A DNA stretch of 64,000 nt from Eledone cirrhosa (Eukaryota): positions 15,562,001 through 15,626,000 of the forward strand of contig OZ024753.1 of NCBI GenBank assembly GCA_964016885.1. The letters are read 5' to 3'. The notes below the pieces were generated by a model. That model saw nothing but the letters and a program-made list of their open reading frames with translations, searched no databases and had not been told where the DNA came from. Each line of letters opens with the position of its first letter. Within the stretch, counting starts at the first letter, position 1. The position numbers were made by a program, and so were the translations under genes. Of the stretch, positions 1 to 14,100 are shown in pieces.

Positions 1-3000
1 CATATATGTATACTGAAATACTAGTATGTATATGAATACACACACGTATACATATGTAGATGTACCAAGTTTTTTTCACTGGTCACTTTACTGTGAGTGG
101 CCAGCTATTCCGTATGTAAACACACAGACAAACCGGTTTTTAGAGTCATACTGGTTTTTGAGGAAACACCTTTCCTCTATTCTCCAGAAAGCCAGACAAG
201 GAATATTGAACTAGTTTCGTTGTTGTTACAACTCATCAGCAATATTTACCTATCTTCCGGCCTCTCTAGAGAATCGTAAAAGCACATAGCGTTATATGCT
301 TTTTCTATGAAAATTAGTAGTGGGCAGACTAATTTGCATAGAGTGTGAGTAAGTACCGGTTCAACGGAGACGATAAAAACAAATAACGAAACGAAATTAA
401 ATTTCGTTTCGTTTGTAACTCACTTTTGTATGACTGACGCTTAAACAATTAAGTTAAAGATGTACATCCATATATGTATACTGAAATACTAGTATGTATA
501 TGAATACACACACGTATACATATGTAGATGTACCAAGTTTTTTTCACTGGTCACTTTACTGTGAGTGGCCAGCTATTCCGTATGTAAACACACAGACAAA
601 CCGGTTTTTAGAGTCATACTGGTTTTTGAGGAAACACCTTTCCTCTATTCTCCAGAAAGCCAGACAAGGAATATTGAACTAGTTTCGTTGTTGTTACAAC
701 TCATCAGCAATATTTACCTATCTTCCGGCCTCTCTAGAGAATCGTAAAAGCACATAGCGTTATATGCTTTTTCTATGAAAATTAGTAGTGGGCAGACTAA
801 TTTGCATAGAGTGTGAGTAAGTACCGGTTCAACGGAGACGATAAAAACAAATAACGAAACGAAATTAAATTTCGTTTCGTTTGTAACTCACTTTTGTATG
901 ACTGACGCTTAAACAATTAAGTTAAAGATGTACATCCATATATGTATACTGAAATACTAGTATGTATATGAATACACACACGTATACATATGTAGATGTA
1001 CCAAGTTTTTTTCACTGGTCACTTTACTGTGAGTGGCCAGCTATTCCGTATGTAAACACACAGACAAACCGGTTTTTAGAGTCATACTGGTTTTTGAGGA
1101 AACACCTTTCCTCTATTCTCCAGAAAGCCAGACAAGGAATATTGAACTAGTTTCGTTGTTGTTACAACTCATCAGCAATATTTACCTATCTTCCGGCCTC
1201 TCTAGAGAATCGTAAAAGCACATAGCGTTATATGCTTTTTCTATGAAAATTAGTAGTGGGCAGACTAATTTGCATAGAGTGTGAGTAAGTACCGGTTCAA
1301 CGGAGACGATAAAAACAAATAACGAAACGAAATTAAATTTCGTTTCGTTTGTAACTCACTTTTGTATGACTGACGCTTAAACAATTAAGTTAAAGATGTA
1401 CATCCATATATGTATACTGAAATACTAGTATGTATATGAATACACACACGTATACATATGTAGATGTACCAAGTTTTTTTCACTGGTCACTTTACTGTGA
1501 GTGGCCAGCTATTCCGTATGTAAACACACAGACAAACCGGTTTTTAGAGTCATACTGGTTTTTGAGGAAACACCTTTCCTCTATTCTCCAGAAAGCCAGA
1601 CAAGGAATATTGAACTAGTTTCGTTGTTGTTACAACTCATCAGCAATATTTACCTATCTTCCGGCCTCTCTAGAGAATCGTAAAAGCACATAGCGTTATA
1701 TGCTTTTTCTATGAAAATTAGTAGTGGGCAGACTAATTTGCATAGAGTGTGAGTAAGTACCGGTTCAACGGAGACGATAAAAACAAATAACGAAACGAAA
1801 TTAAATTTCGTTTCGTTTGTAACTCACTTTTGTATGACTGACGCTTAAACAATTAAGTTAAAGATGTACATCCATATATGTATACTGAAATACTAGTATG
1901 TATATGAATACACACACGTATACATATGTAGATGTACCAAGTTTTTTTCACTGGTCACTTTACTGTGAGTGGCCAGCTATTCCGTATGTAAACACACAGA
2001 CAAACCGGTTTTTAGAGTCATACTGGTTTTTGAGGAAACACCTTTCCTCTATTCTCCAGAAAGCCAGACAAGGAATATTGAACTAGTTTCGTTGTTGTTA
2101 CAACTCATCAGCAATATTTACCTATCTTCCGGCCTCTCTAGAGAATCGTAAAAGCACATAGCGTTATATGCTTTTTCTATGAAAATTAGTAGTGGGCAGA
2201 CTAATTTGCATAGAGTGTGAGTAAGTACCGGTTCAACGGAGACGATAAAAACAAATAACGAAACGAAATTAAATTTCGTTTCGTTTGTAACTCACTTTTG
2301 TATGACTGACGCTTAAACAATTAAGTTAAAGATGTACATCCATATATGTATACTGAAATACTAGTATGTATATGAATACACACACGTATACATATGTAGA
2401 TGTACCAAGTTTTTTTCACTGGTCACTTTACTGTGAGTGGCCAGCTATTCCGTATGTAAACACACAGACAAACCGGTTTTTAGAGTCATACTGGTTTTTG
2501 AGGAAACACCTTTCCTCTATTCTCCAGAAAGCCAGACAAGGAATATTGAACTAGTTTCGTTGTTGTTACAACTCATCAGCAATATTTACCTATCTTCCGG
2601 CCTCTCTAGAGAATCGTAAAAGCACATAGCGTTATATGCTTTTTCTATGAAAATTAGTAGTGGGCAGACTAATTTGCATAGAGTGTGAGTAAGTACCGGT
2701 TCAACGGAGACGATAAAAACAAATAACGAAACGAAATTAAATTTCGTTTCGTTTGTAACTCACTTTTGTATGACTGACGCTTAAACAATTAAGTTAAGGA
2801 TGTACATCCATATATGTATACTGAAATACTAGTATGTATATGAATACACACACGTATACATATGTAGATGTACCAAGTTTTTTTCACTGGTCACTTTACT
2901 GTGAGTGGCCAGCTATTCCGTATGTAAACACACAGACAAACCGGTTTTTAGAGTCATACTGGTTTTTGAGGAAACACCTTTCCTCTATTCTCCAGAAAGC

Positions 3001-5122
3001 CAGACAAGGAATATTGAACTAGTTTCGTTGTTGTTACAACTCATCAGCAATATTTACCTATCTTCCGGCCTCTCTAGAGAATCGTAAAAGCACATAGCGT
3101 TATATGCTTTTTCTATGAAAATTAGTAGTGGGCAGACTAATTTGCATAGAGTGTGAGTAAGTACCGGTTCAACGGAGACGATAAAAACAAATAACGAAAC
3201 GAAATTAAATTTCGTTTCGTTTGTAACTCACTTTTGTATGACTGACGCTTAAACAATTAAGTTAAAGATGTACATCCATATATGTATACTGAAATACTAG
3301 TATGTATATGAATACACACACGTATACATATGTAGATGTACCAAGTTTTTTTCACTGGTCACTTTACTGTGAGTGGCCAGCTATTCCGTATGTAAACACA
3401 CAGACAAACCGGTTTTTAGAGTCATACTGGTTTTTGAGGAAACACCTTTCCTCTATTCTCCAGAAAGCCAGACAAGGAATATTGAACTAGTTTCGTTGTT
3501 GTTACAACTCATCAGCAATATTTACCTATCTTCCGGCCTCTCTAGAGAATCGTAAAAGCACATAGCGTTATATGCTTTTTCTATGAAAATTAGTAGTGGG
3601 CAGACTAATTTGCATAGAGTGTGAGTAAGTACCGGTTCAACGGAGACGATAAAAACAAATAACGAAACGAAATTAAATTTCGTTTCGTTTGTAACTCACT
3701 TTTGTATGACTGACGCTTAAACAATTAAGTTAAAGATGTACATCCATATATGTATACTGAAATACTAGTATGTATATGAATACACACACGTATACATATG
3801 TAGATGTACCAAGTTTTTTTCACTGGTCACTTTACTGTGAGTGGCCAGCTATTCCGTATGTAAACACACAGACAAACCGGTTTTTAGAGTCATACTGGTT
3901 TTTGAGGAAACACCTTTCCTCTATTCTCCAGAAAGCCAGACAAGGAATATTGAACTAGTTTCGTTGTTGTTACAACTCATCAGCAATATTTACCTATCTT
4001 CCGGCCTCTCTAGAGAATCGTAAAAGCACATAGCGTTATATGCTTTTTCTATGAAAATTAGTAGTGGGCAGACTAATTTGCATAGAGTGTGAGTAAGTAC
4101 CGGTTCAACGGAGACGATAAAAACAAATAACGAAACGAAATTAAATTTCGTTTCGTTTGTAACTCACTTTTGTATGACTGACGCTTAAACAATTAAGTTA
4201 AAGATGTACATCCATATATGTATACTGAAATACTAGTATGTATATGAATACACACACGTATACATATGTAGATGTACCAAGTTTTTTTCACTGGTCACTT
4301 TACTGTGAGTGGCCAGCTATTCCGTATGTAAACACACAGACAAACCGGTTTTTAGAGTCATACTGGTTTTTGAGGAAACACCTTTCCTCTATTCTCCAGA
4401 AAGCCAGACAAGGAATATTGAACTAGTTTCGTTGTTGTTACAACTCATCAGCAATATTTACCTATCTTCCGGCCTCTCTAGAGAATCGTAAAAGCACATA
4501 GCGTTATATGCTTTTTCTATGAAAATTAGTAGTGGGCAGACTAATTTGCATAGAGTGTGAGTAAGTACCGGTTCAACGGAGACGATAAAAACAAATAACG
4601 AAACGAAATTAAATTTCGTTTCGTTTGTAACTCACTTTTGTATGACTGACGCTTAAACAATTAAGTTAAAGATGTACATCCATATATGTATACTGAAATA
4701 CTAGTATGTATATGAATACACACACGTATACATATGTAGATGTACCAAGTTTTTTTCACTGGTCACTTTACTGTGAGTGGCCAGCTATTCCGTATGTAAA
4801 CACACAGACAAACCGGTTTTTAGAGTCATACTGGTTTTTGAGGAAACACCTTTCCTCTATTCTCCAGAAAGCCAGACAAGGAATATTGAACTAGTTTCGT
4901 TGTTGTTACAACTCATCAGCAATATTTACCTATCTTCCGGCCTCTCTAGAGAATCGTAAAAGCACATAGCGTTATATGCTTTTTCTATGAAAATTAGTAG
5001 TGGGCAGACTAATTTGCATAGAGTGTGAGTAAGTACCGGTTCAACGGAGACGATAAAAACAAATAACGAAACGAAATTAAATTTCGTTTCGTTTGTAACT
5101 CACTTTTGTATGACTGACGCTT
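1..5122 (-). repeat. 468-bp tandem array, left arm (~11 monomers); candidate retrozyme, hammerhead on minus strand
   Basis: Exact 468-bp periodicity (ORF track repeats at 26, 494, 962...). One substitution noticed (2798 A>G). Runs off the window start. Confidence 0.97.
202..246 (-). ncRNA. Minimal type I hammerhead ribozyme (representative; repeats every 468 bp to 4882-4926, 11 copies)
   Basis: Exact reverse complement of the 5310-5354 motif. Confidence 0.88.
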
Positions 5123-5137
5123 TTGTATGACTGACGC

Positions 5138-8100
5138 TTACAAACGAAACGAAATTTAATTTCGTTTCGTTATTTGTTTTTATCGTCTCCGTTGAACCGG
5201 TACTTACTCACACTCTATGCAAATTAGTCTGCCCACTACTAATTTTCATAGAAAAAGCATATAACGCTATGTGCTTTTACGATTCTCTAGAGAGGCCGGA
5301 AGATAGGTAAATATTGCTGATGAGTTGTAACAACAACGAAACTAGTTCAATATTCCTTGTCTGGCTTTCTGGAGAATAGAGGAAAGGTGTTTCCTCAAAA
5401 ACCAGTATGACTCTAAAAACCGGTTTGTCTGTGTGTTTACATACGGAATAGCTGGCCACTCACAGTAAAGTGACCAGTGAAAAAAACTTGGTACATCTAC
5501 ATATGTATACGTGTGTGTATTCATATACATACTAGTATTTCAGTATACATATATGGATGTACATCTTTAACTTAATTGTTTAAGCGTCAGTCATACAAAA
5601 GTGAGTTACAAACGAAACGAAATTTAATTTCGTTTCGTTATTTGTTTTTATCGTCTCCGTTGAACCGGTACTTACTCACACTCTATGCAAATTAGTCTGC
5701 CCACTACTAATTTTCATAGAAAAAGCATATAACGCTATGTGCTTTTACGATTCTCTAGAGAGGCCGGAAGATAGGTAAATATTGCTGATGAGTTGTAACA
5801 ACAACGAAACTAGTTCAATATTCCTTGTCTGGCTTTCTGGAGAATAGAGGAAAGGTGTTTCCTCAAAAACCAGTATGACTCTAAAAACCGGTTTGTCTGT
5901 GTGTTTACATACGGAATAGCTGGCCACTCACAGTAAAGTGACCAGTGAAAAAAACTTGGTACATCTACATATGTATACGTGTGTGTATTCATATACATAC
6001 TAGTATTTCAGTATACATATATGGATGTACATCTTTAACTTAATTGTTTAAGCGTCAGTCATACAAAAGTGAGTTACAAACGAAACGAAATTTAATTTCG
6101 TTTCGTTATTTGTTTTTATCGTCTCCGTTGAACCGGTACTTACTCACACTCTATGCAAATTAGTCTGCCCACTACTAATTTTCATAGAAAAAGCATATAA
6201 CGCTATGTGCTTTTACGATTCTCTAGAGAGGCCGGAAGATAGGTAAATATTGCTGATGAGTTGTAACAACAACGAAACTAGTTCAATATTCCTTGTCTGG
6301 CTTTCTGGAGAATAGAGGAAAGGTGTTTCCTCAAAAACCAGTATGACTCTAAAAACCGGTTTGTCTGTGTGTTTACATACGGAATAGCTGGCCACTCACA
6401 GTAAAGTGACCAGTGAAAAAAACTTGGTACATCTACATATGTATACGTGTGTGTATTCATATACATACTAGTATTTCAGTATACATATATGGATGTACAT
6501 CTTTAACTTAATTGTTTAAGCGTCAGTCATACAAAAGTGAGTTACAAACGAAACGAAATTTAATTTCGTTTCGTTATTTGTTTTTATCGTCTCCGTTGAA
6601 CCGGTACTTACTCACACTCTATGCAAATTAGTCTGCCCACTACTAATTTTCATAGAAAAAGCATATAACGCTATGTGCTTTTACGATTCTCTAGAGAGGC
6701 CGGAAGATAGGTAAATATTGCTGATGAGTTGTAACAACAACGAAACTAGTTCAATATTCCTTGTCTGGCTTTCTGGAGAATAGAGGAAAGGTGTTTCCTC
6801 AAAAACCAGTATGACTCTAAAAACCGGTTTGTCTGTGTGTTTACATACGGAATAGCTGGCCACTCACAGTAAAGTGACCAGTGAAAAAAACTTGGTACAT
6901 CTACATATGTATACGTGTGTGTATTCATATACATACTAGTATTTCAGTATACATATATGGATGTACATCTTTAACTTAATTGTTTAAGCGTCAGTCATAC
7001 AAAAGTGAGTTACAAACGAAACGAAATTTAATTTCGTTTCGTTATTTGTTTTTATCGTCTCCGTTGAACCGGTACTTACTCACACTCTATGCAAATTAGT
7101 CTGCCCACTACTAATTTTCATAGAAAAAGCATATAACGCTATGTGCTTTTACGATTCTCTAGAGAGGCCGGAAGATAGGTAAATATTGCTGATGAGTTGT
7201 AACAACAACGAAACTAGTTCAATATTCCTTGTCTGGCTTTCTGGAGAATAGAGGAAAGGTGTTTCCTCAAAAACCAGTATGACTCTAAAAACCGGTTTGT
7301 CTGTGTGTTTACATACGGAATAGCTGGCCACTCACAGTAAAGTGACCAGTGAAAAAAACTTGGTACATCTACATATGTATACGTGTGTGTATTCATATAC
7401 ATACTAGTATTTCAGTATACATATATGGATGTACATCTTTAACTTAATTGTTTAAGCGTCAGTCATACAAAAGTGAGTTACAAACGAAACGAAATTTAAT
7501 TTCGTTTCGTTATTTGTTTTTATCGTCTCCGTTGAACCGGTACTTACTCACACTCTATGCAAATTAGTCTGCCCACTACTAATTTTCATAGAAAAAGCAT
7601 ATAACGCTATGTGCTTTTACGATTCTCTAGAGAGGCCGGAAGATAGGTAAATATTGCTGATGAGTTGTAACAACAACGAAACTAGTTCAATATTCCTTGT
7701 CTGGCTTTCTGGAGAATAGAGGAAAGGTGTTTCCTCAAAAACCAGTATGACTCTAAAAACCGGTTTGTCTGTGTGTTTACATACGGAATAGCTGGCCACT
7801 CACAGTAAAGTGACCAGTGAAAAAAACTTGGTACATCTACATATGTATACGTGTGTGTATTCATATACATACTAGTATTTCAGTATACATATATGGATGT
7901 ACATCTTTAACTTAATTGTTTAAGCGTCAGTCATACAAAAGTGAGTTACAAACGAAACGAAATTTAATTTCGTTTCGTTATTTGTTTTTATCGTCTCCGT
8001 TGAACCGGTACTTACTCACACTCTATGCAAATTAGTCTGCCCACTACTAATTTTCATAGAAAAAGCATATAACGCTATGTGCTTTTACGATTCTCTAGAG

Positions 8101-11100
8101 AGGCCGGAAGATAGGTAAATATTGCTGATGAGTTGTAACAACAACGAAACTAGTTCAATATTCCTTGTCTGGCTTTCTGGAGAATAGAGGAAAGGTGTTT
8201 CCTCAAAAACCAGTATGACTCTAAAAACCGGTTTGTCTGTGTGTTTACATACGGAATAGCTGGCCACTCACAGTAAAGTGACCAGTGAAAAAAACTTGGT
8301 ACATCTACATATGTATACGTGTGTGTATTCATATACATACTAGTATTTCAGTATACATATATGGATGTACATCTTTAACTTAATTGTTTAAGCGTCAGTC
8401 ATACAAAAGTGAGTTACAAACGAAACGAAATTTAATTTCGTTTCGTTATTTGTTTTTATCGTCTCCGTTGAACCGGTACTTACTCACACTCTATGCAAAT
8501 TAGTCTGCCCACTACTAATTTTCATAGAAAAAGCATATAACGCTATGTGCTTTTACGATTCTCTAGAGAGGCCGGAAGATAGGTAAATATTGCTGATGAG
8601 TTGTAACAACAACGAAACTAGTTCAATATTCCTTGTCTGGCTTTCTGGAGAATAGAGGAAAGGTGTTTCCTCAAAAACCAGTATGACTCTAAAAACCGGT
8701 TTGTCTGTGTGTTTACATACGGAATAGCTGGCCACTCACAGTAAAGTGACCAGTGAAAAAAACTTGGTACATCTACATATGTATACGTGTGTGTATTCAT
8801 ATACATACTAGTATTTCAGTATACATATATGGATGTACATCTTTAACTTAATTGTTTAAGCGTCAGTCATACAAAAGTGAGTTACAAACGAAACGAAATT
8901 TAATTTCGTTTCGTTATTTGTTTTTATCGTCTCCGTTGAACCGGTACTTACTCACACTCTATGCAAATTAGTCTGCCCACTACTAATTTTCATAGAAAAA
9001 GCATATAACGCTATGTGCTTTTACGATTCTCTAGAGAGGCCGGAAGATAGGTAAATATTGCTGATGAGTTGTAACAACAACGAAACTAGTTCAATATTCC
9101 TTGTCTGGCTTTCTGGAGAATAGAGGAAAGGTGTTTCCTCAAAAACCAGTATGACTCTAAAAACCGGTTTGTCTGTGTGTTTACATACGGAATAGCTGGC
9201 CACTCACAGTAAAGTGACCAGTGAAAAAAACTTGGTACATCTACATATGTATACGTGTGTGTATTCATATACATACTAGTATTTCAGTATACATATATGG
9301 ATGTACATCTTTAACTTAATTGTTTAAGCGTCAGTCATACAAAAGTGAGTTACAAACGAAACGAAATTTAATTTCGTTTCGTTATTTGTTTTTATCGTCT
9401 CCGTTGAACCGGTACTTACTCACACTCTATGCAAATTAGTCTGCCCACTACTAATTTTCATAGAAAAAGCATATAACGCTATGTGCTTTTACGATTCTCT
9501 AGAGAGGCCGGAAGATAGGTAAATATTGCTGATGAGTTGTAACAACAACGAAACTAGTTCAATATTCCTTGTCTGGCTTTCTGGAGAATAGAGGAAAGGT
9601 GTTTCCTCAAAAACCAGTATGACTCTAAAAACCGGTTTGTCTGTGTGTTTACATACGGAATAGCTGGCCACTCACAGTAAAGTGACCAGTGAAAAAAACT
9701 TGGTACATCTACATATGTATACGTGTGTGTATTCATATACATACTAGTATTTCAGTATACATATATGGATGTACATCTTTAACTTAATTGTTTAAGCGTC
9801 AGTCATACAAAAGTGAGTTACAAACGAAACGAAATTTAATTTCGTTTCGTTATTTGTTTTTATCGTCTCCGTTGAACCGGTACTTACTCACACTCTATGC
9901 AAATTAGTCTGCCCACTACTAATTTTCATAGAAAAAGCATATAACGCTATGTGCTTTTACGATTCTCTAGAGAGGCCGGAAGATAGGTAAATATTGCTGA
10001 TGAGTTGTAACAACAACGAAACTAGTTCAATATTCCTTGTCTGGCTTTCTGGAGAATAGAGGAAAGGTGTTTCCTCAAAAACCAGTATGACTCTAAAAAC
10101 CGGTTTGTCTGTGTGTTTACATACGGAATAGCTGGCCACTCACAGTAAAGTGACCAGTGAAAAAAACTTGGTACATCTACATATGTATACGTGTGTGTAT
10201 TCATATACATACTAGTATTTCAGTATACATATATGGATGTACATCTTTAACTTAATTGTTTAAGCGTCAGTCATACAAAAGTGAGTTACAAACGAAACGA
10301 AATTTAATTTCGTTTCGTTATTTGTTTTTATCGTCTCCGTTGAACCGGTACTTACTCACACTCTATGCAAATTAGTCTGCCCACTACTAATTTTCATAGA
10401 AAAAGCATATAACGCTATGTGCTTTTACGATTCTCTAGAGAGGCCGGAAGATAGGTAAATATTGCTGATGAGTTGTAACAACAACGAAACTAGTTCAATA
10501 TTCCTTGTCTGGCTTTCTGGAGAATAGAGGAAAGGTGTTTCCTCAAAAACCAGTATGACTCTAAAAACCGGTTTGTCTGTGTGTTTACATACGGAATAGC
10601 TGGCCACTCACAGTAAAGTGACCAGTGAAAAAAACTTGGTACATCTACATATGTATACGTGTGTGTATTCATATACATACTAGTATTTCAGTATACATAT
10701 ATGGATGTACATCTTTAACTTAATTGTTTAAGCGTCAGTCATACAAAAGTGAGTTACAAACGAAACGAAATTTAATTTCGTTTCGTTATTTGTTTTTATC
10801 GTCTCCGTTGAACCGGTACTTACTCACACTCTATGCAAATTAGTCTGCCCACTACTAATTTTCATAGAAAAAGCATATAACGCTATGTGCTTTTACGATT
10901 CTCTAGAGAGGCCGGAAGATAGGTAAATATTGCTGATGAGTTGTAACAACAACGAAACTAGTTCAATATTCCTTGTCTGGCTTTCTGGAGAATAGAGGAA
11001 AGGTGTTTCCTCAAAAACCAGTATGACTCTAAAAACCGGTTTGTCTGTGTGTTTACATACGGAATAGCTGGCCACTCACAGTAAAGTGACCAGTGAAAAA

Positions 11101-14100
11101 AACTTGGTACATCTACATATGTATACGTGTGTGTATTCATATACATACTAGTATTTCAGTATACATATATGGATGTACATCTTTAACTTAATTGTTTAAG
11201 CGTCAGTCATACAAAAGTGAGTTACAAACGAAACGAAATTTAATTTCGTTTCGTTATTTGTTTTTATCGTCTCCGTTGAACCGGTACTTACTCACACTCT
11301 ATGCAAATTAGTCTGCCCACTACTAATTTTCATAGAAAAAGCATATAACGCTATGTGCTTTTACGATTCTCTAGAGAGGCCGGAAGATAGGTAAATATTG
11401 CTGATGAGTTGTAACAACAACGAAACTAGTTCAATATTCCTTGTCTGGCTTTCTGGAGAATAGAGGAAAGGTGTTTCCTCAAAAACCAGTATGACTCTAA
11501 AAACCGGTTTGTCTGTGTGTTTACATACGGAATAGCTGGCCACTCACAGTAAAGTGACCAGTGAAAAAAACTTGGTACATCTACATATGTATACGTGTGT
11601 GTATTCATATACATACTAGTATTTCAGTATACATATATGGATGTACATCTTTAACTTAATTGTTTAAGCGTCAGTCATACAAAAGTGAGTTACAAACGAA
11701 ACGAAATTTAATTTCGTTTCGTTATTTGTTTTTATCGTCTCCGTTGAACCGGTACTTACTCACACTCTATGCAAATTAGTCTGCCCACTACTAATTTTCA
11801 TAGAAAAAGCATATAACGCTATGTGCTTTTACGATTCTCTAGAGAGGCCGGAAGATAGGTAAATATTGCTGATGAGTTGTAACAACAACGAAACTAGTTC
11901 AATATTCCTTGTCTGGCTTTCTGGAGAATAGAGGAAAGGTGTTTCCTCAAAAACCAGTATGACTCTAAAAACCGGTTTGTCTGTGTGTTTACATACGGAA
12001 TAGCTGGCCACTCACAGTAAAGTGACCAGTGAAAAAAACTTGGTACATCTACATATGTATACGTGTGTGTATTCATATACATACTAGTATTTCAGTATAC
12101 ATATATGGATGTACATCTTTAACTTAATTGTTTAAGCGTCAGTCATACAAAAGTGAGTTACAAACGAAACGAAATTTAATTTCGTTTCGTTATTTGTTTT
12201 TATCGTCTCCGTTGAACCGGTACTTACTCACACTCTATGCAAATTAGTCTGCCCACTACTAATTTTCATAGAAAAAGCATATAACGCTATGTGCTTTTAC
12301 GATTCTCTAGAGAGGCCGGAAGATAGGTAAATATTGCTGATGAGTTGTAACAACAACGAAACTAGTTCAATATTCCTTGTCTGGCTTTCTGGAGAATAGA
12401 GGAAAGGTGTTTCCTCAAAAACCAGTATGACTCTAAAAACCGGTTTGTCTGTGTGTTTACATACGGAATAGCTGGCCACTCACAGTAAAGTGACCAGTGA
12501 AAAAAACTTGGTACATCTACATATGTATACGTGTGTGTATTCATATACATACTAGTATTTCAGTATACATATATGGATGTACATCTTTAACTTAATTGTT
12601 TAAGCGTCAGTCATACAAAAGTGAGTTACAAACGAAACGAAATTTAATTTCGTTTCGTTATTTGTTTTTATCGTCTCCGTTGAACCGGTACTTACTCACA
12701 CTCTATGCAAATTAGTCTGCCCACTACTAATTTTCATAGAAAAAGCATATAACGCTATGTGCTTTTACGATTCTCTAGAGAGGCCGGAAGATAGGTAAAT
12801 ATTGCTGATGAGTTGTAACAACAACGAAACTAGTTCAATATTCCTTGTCTGGCTTTCTGGAGAATAGAGGAAAGGTGTTTCCTCAAAAACCAGTATGACT
12901 CTAAAAACCGGTTTGTCTGTGTGTTTACATACGGAATAGCTGGCCACTCACAGTAAAGTGACCAGTGAAAAAAACTTGGTACATCTACATATGTATACGT
13001 GTGTGTATTCATATACATACTAGTATTTCAGTATACATATATGGATGTACATCTTTAACTTAATTGTTTAAGCGTCAGTCATACAAAAGTGAGTTACAAA
13101 CGAAACGAAATTTAATTTCGTTTCGTTATTTGTTTTTATCGTCTCCGTTGAACCGGTACTTACTCACACTCTATGCAAATTAGTCTGCCCACTACTAATT
13201 TTCATAGAAAAAGCATATAACGCTATGTGCTTTTACGATTCTCTAGAGAGGCCGGAAGATAGGTAAATATTGCTGATGAGTTGTAACAACAACGAAACTA
13301 GTTCAATATTCCTTGTCTGGCTTTCTGGAGAATAGAGGAAAGGTGTTTCCTCAAAAACCAGTATGACTCTAAAAACCGGTTTGTCTGTGTGTTTACATAC
13401 GGAATAGCTGGCCACTCACAGTAAAGTGACCAGTGAAAAAAACTTGGTACATCTACATATGTATACGTGTGTGTATTCATATACATACTAGTATTTCAGT
13501 ATACATATATGGATGTACATCTTTAACTTAATTGTTTAAGCGTCAGTCATACAAAAGTGAGTTACAAACGAAACGAAATTTAATTTCGTTTCGTTATTTG
13601 TTTTTATCGTCTCCGTTGAACCGGTACTTACTCACACTCTATGCAAATTAGTCTGCCCACTACTAATTTTCATAGAAAAAGCATATAACGCTATGTGCTT
13701 TTACGATTCTCTAGAGAGGCCGGAAGATAGGTAAATATTGCTGATGAGTTGTAACAACAACGAAACTAGTTCAATATTCCTTGTCTGGCTTTCTGGAGAA
13801 TAGAGGAAAGGTGTTTCCTCAAAAACCAGTATGACTCTAAAAACCGGTTTGTCTGTGTGTTTACATACGGAATAGCTGGCCACTCACAGTAAAGTGACCA
13901 GTGAAAAAAACTTGGTACATCTACATATGTATACGTGTGTGTATTCATATACATACTAGTATTTCAGTATACATATATGGATGTACATCTTTAACTTAAT
14001 TGTTTAAGCGTCAGTCATACAAAAGTGAGTTACAAACGAAACGAAATTTAATTTCGTTTCGTTATTTGTTTTTATCGTCTCCGTTGAACCGGTACTTACT

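Noticed and set aside
427-475. Second hammerhead on the opposite strand of the monomer (CTGACG-CTTAAACAATTAAG-TTAAA-GATGTACATC)
   Set aside because: Three-way-junction-like, but lacks A9, the GAAA box and a UH site.
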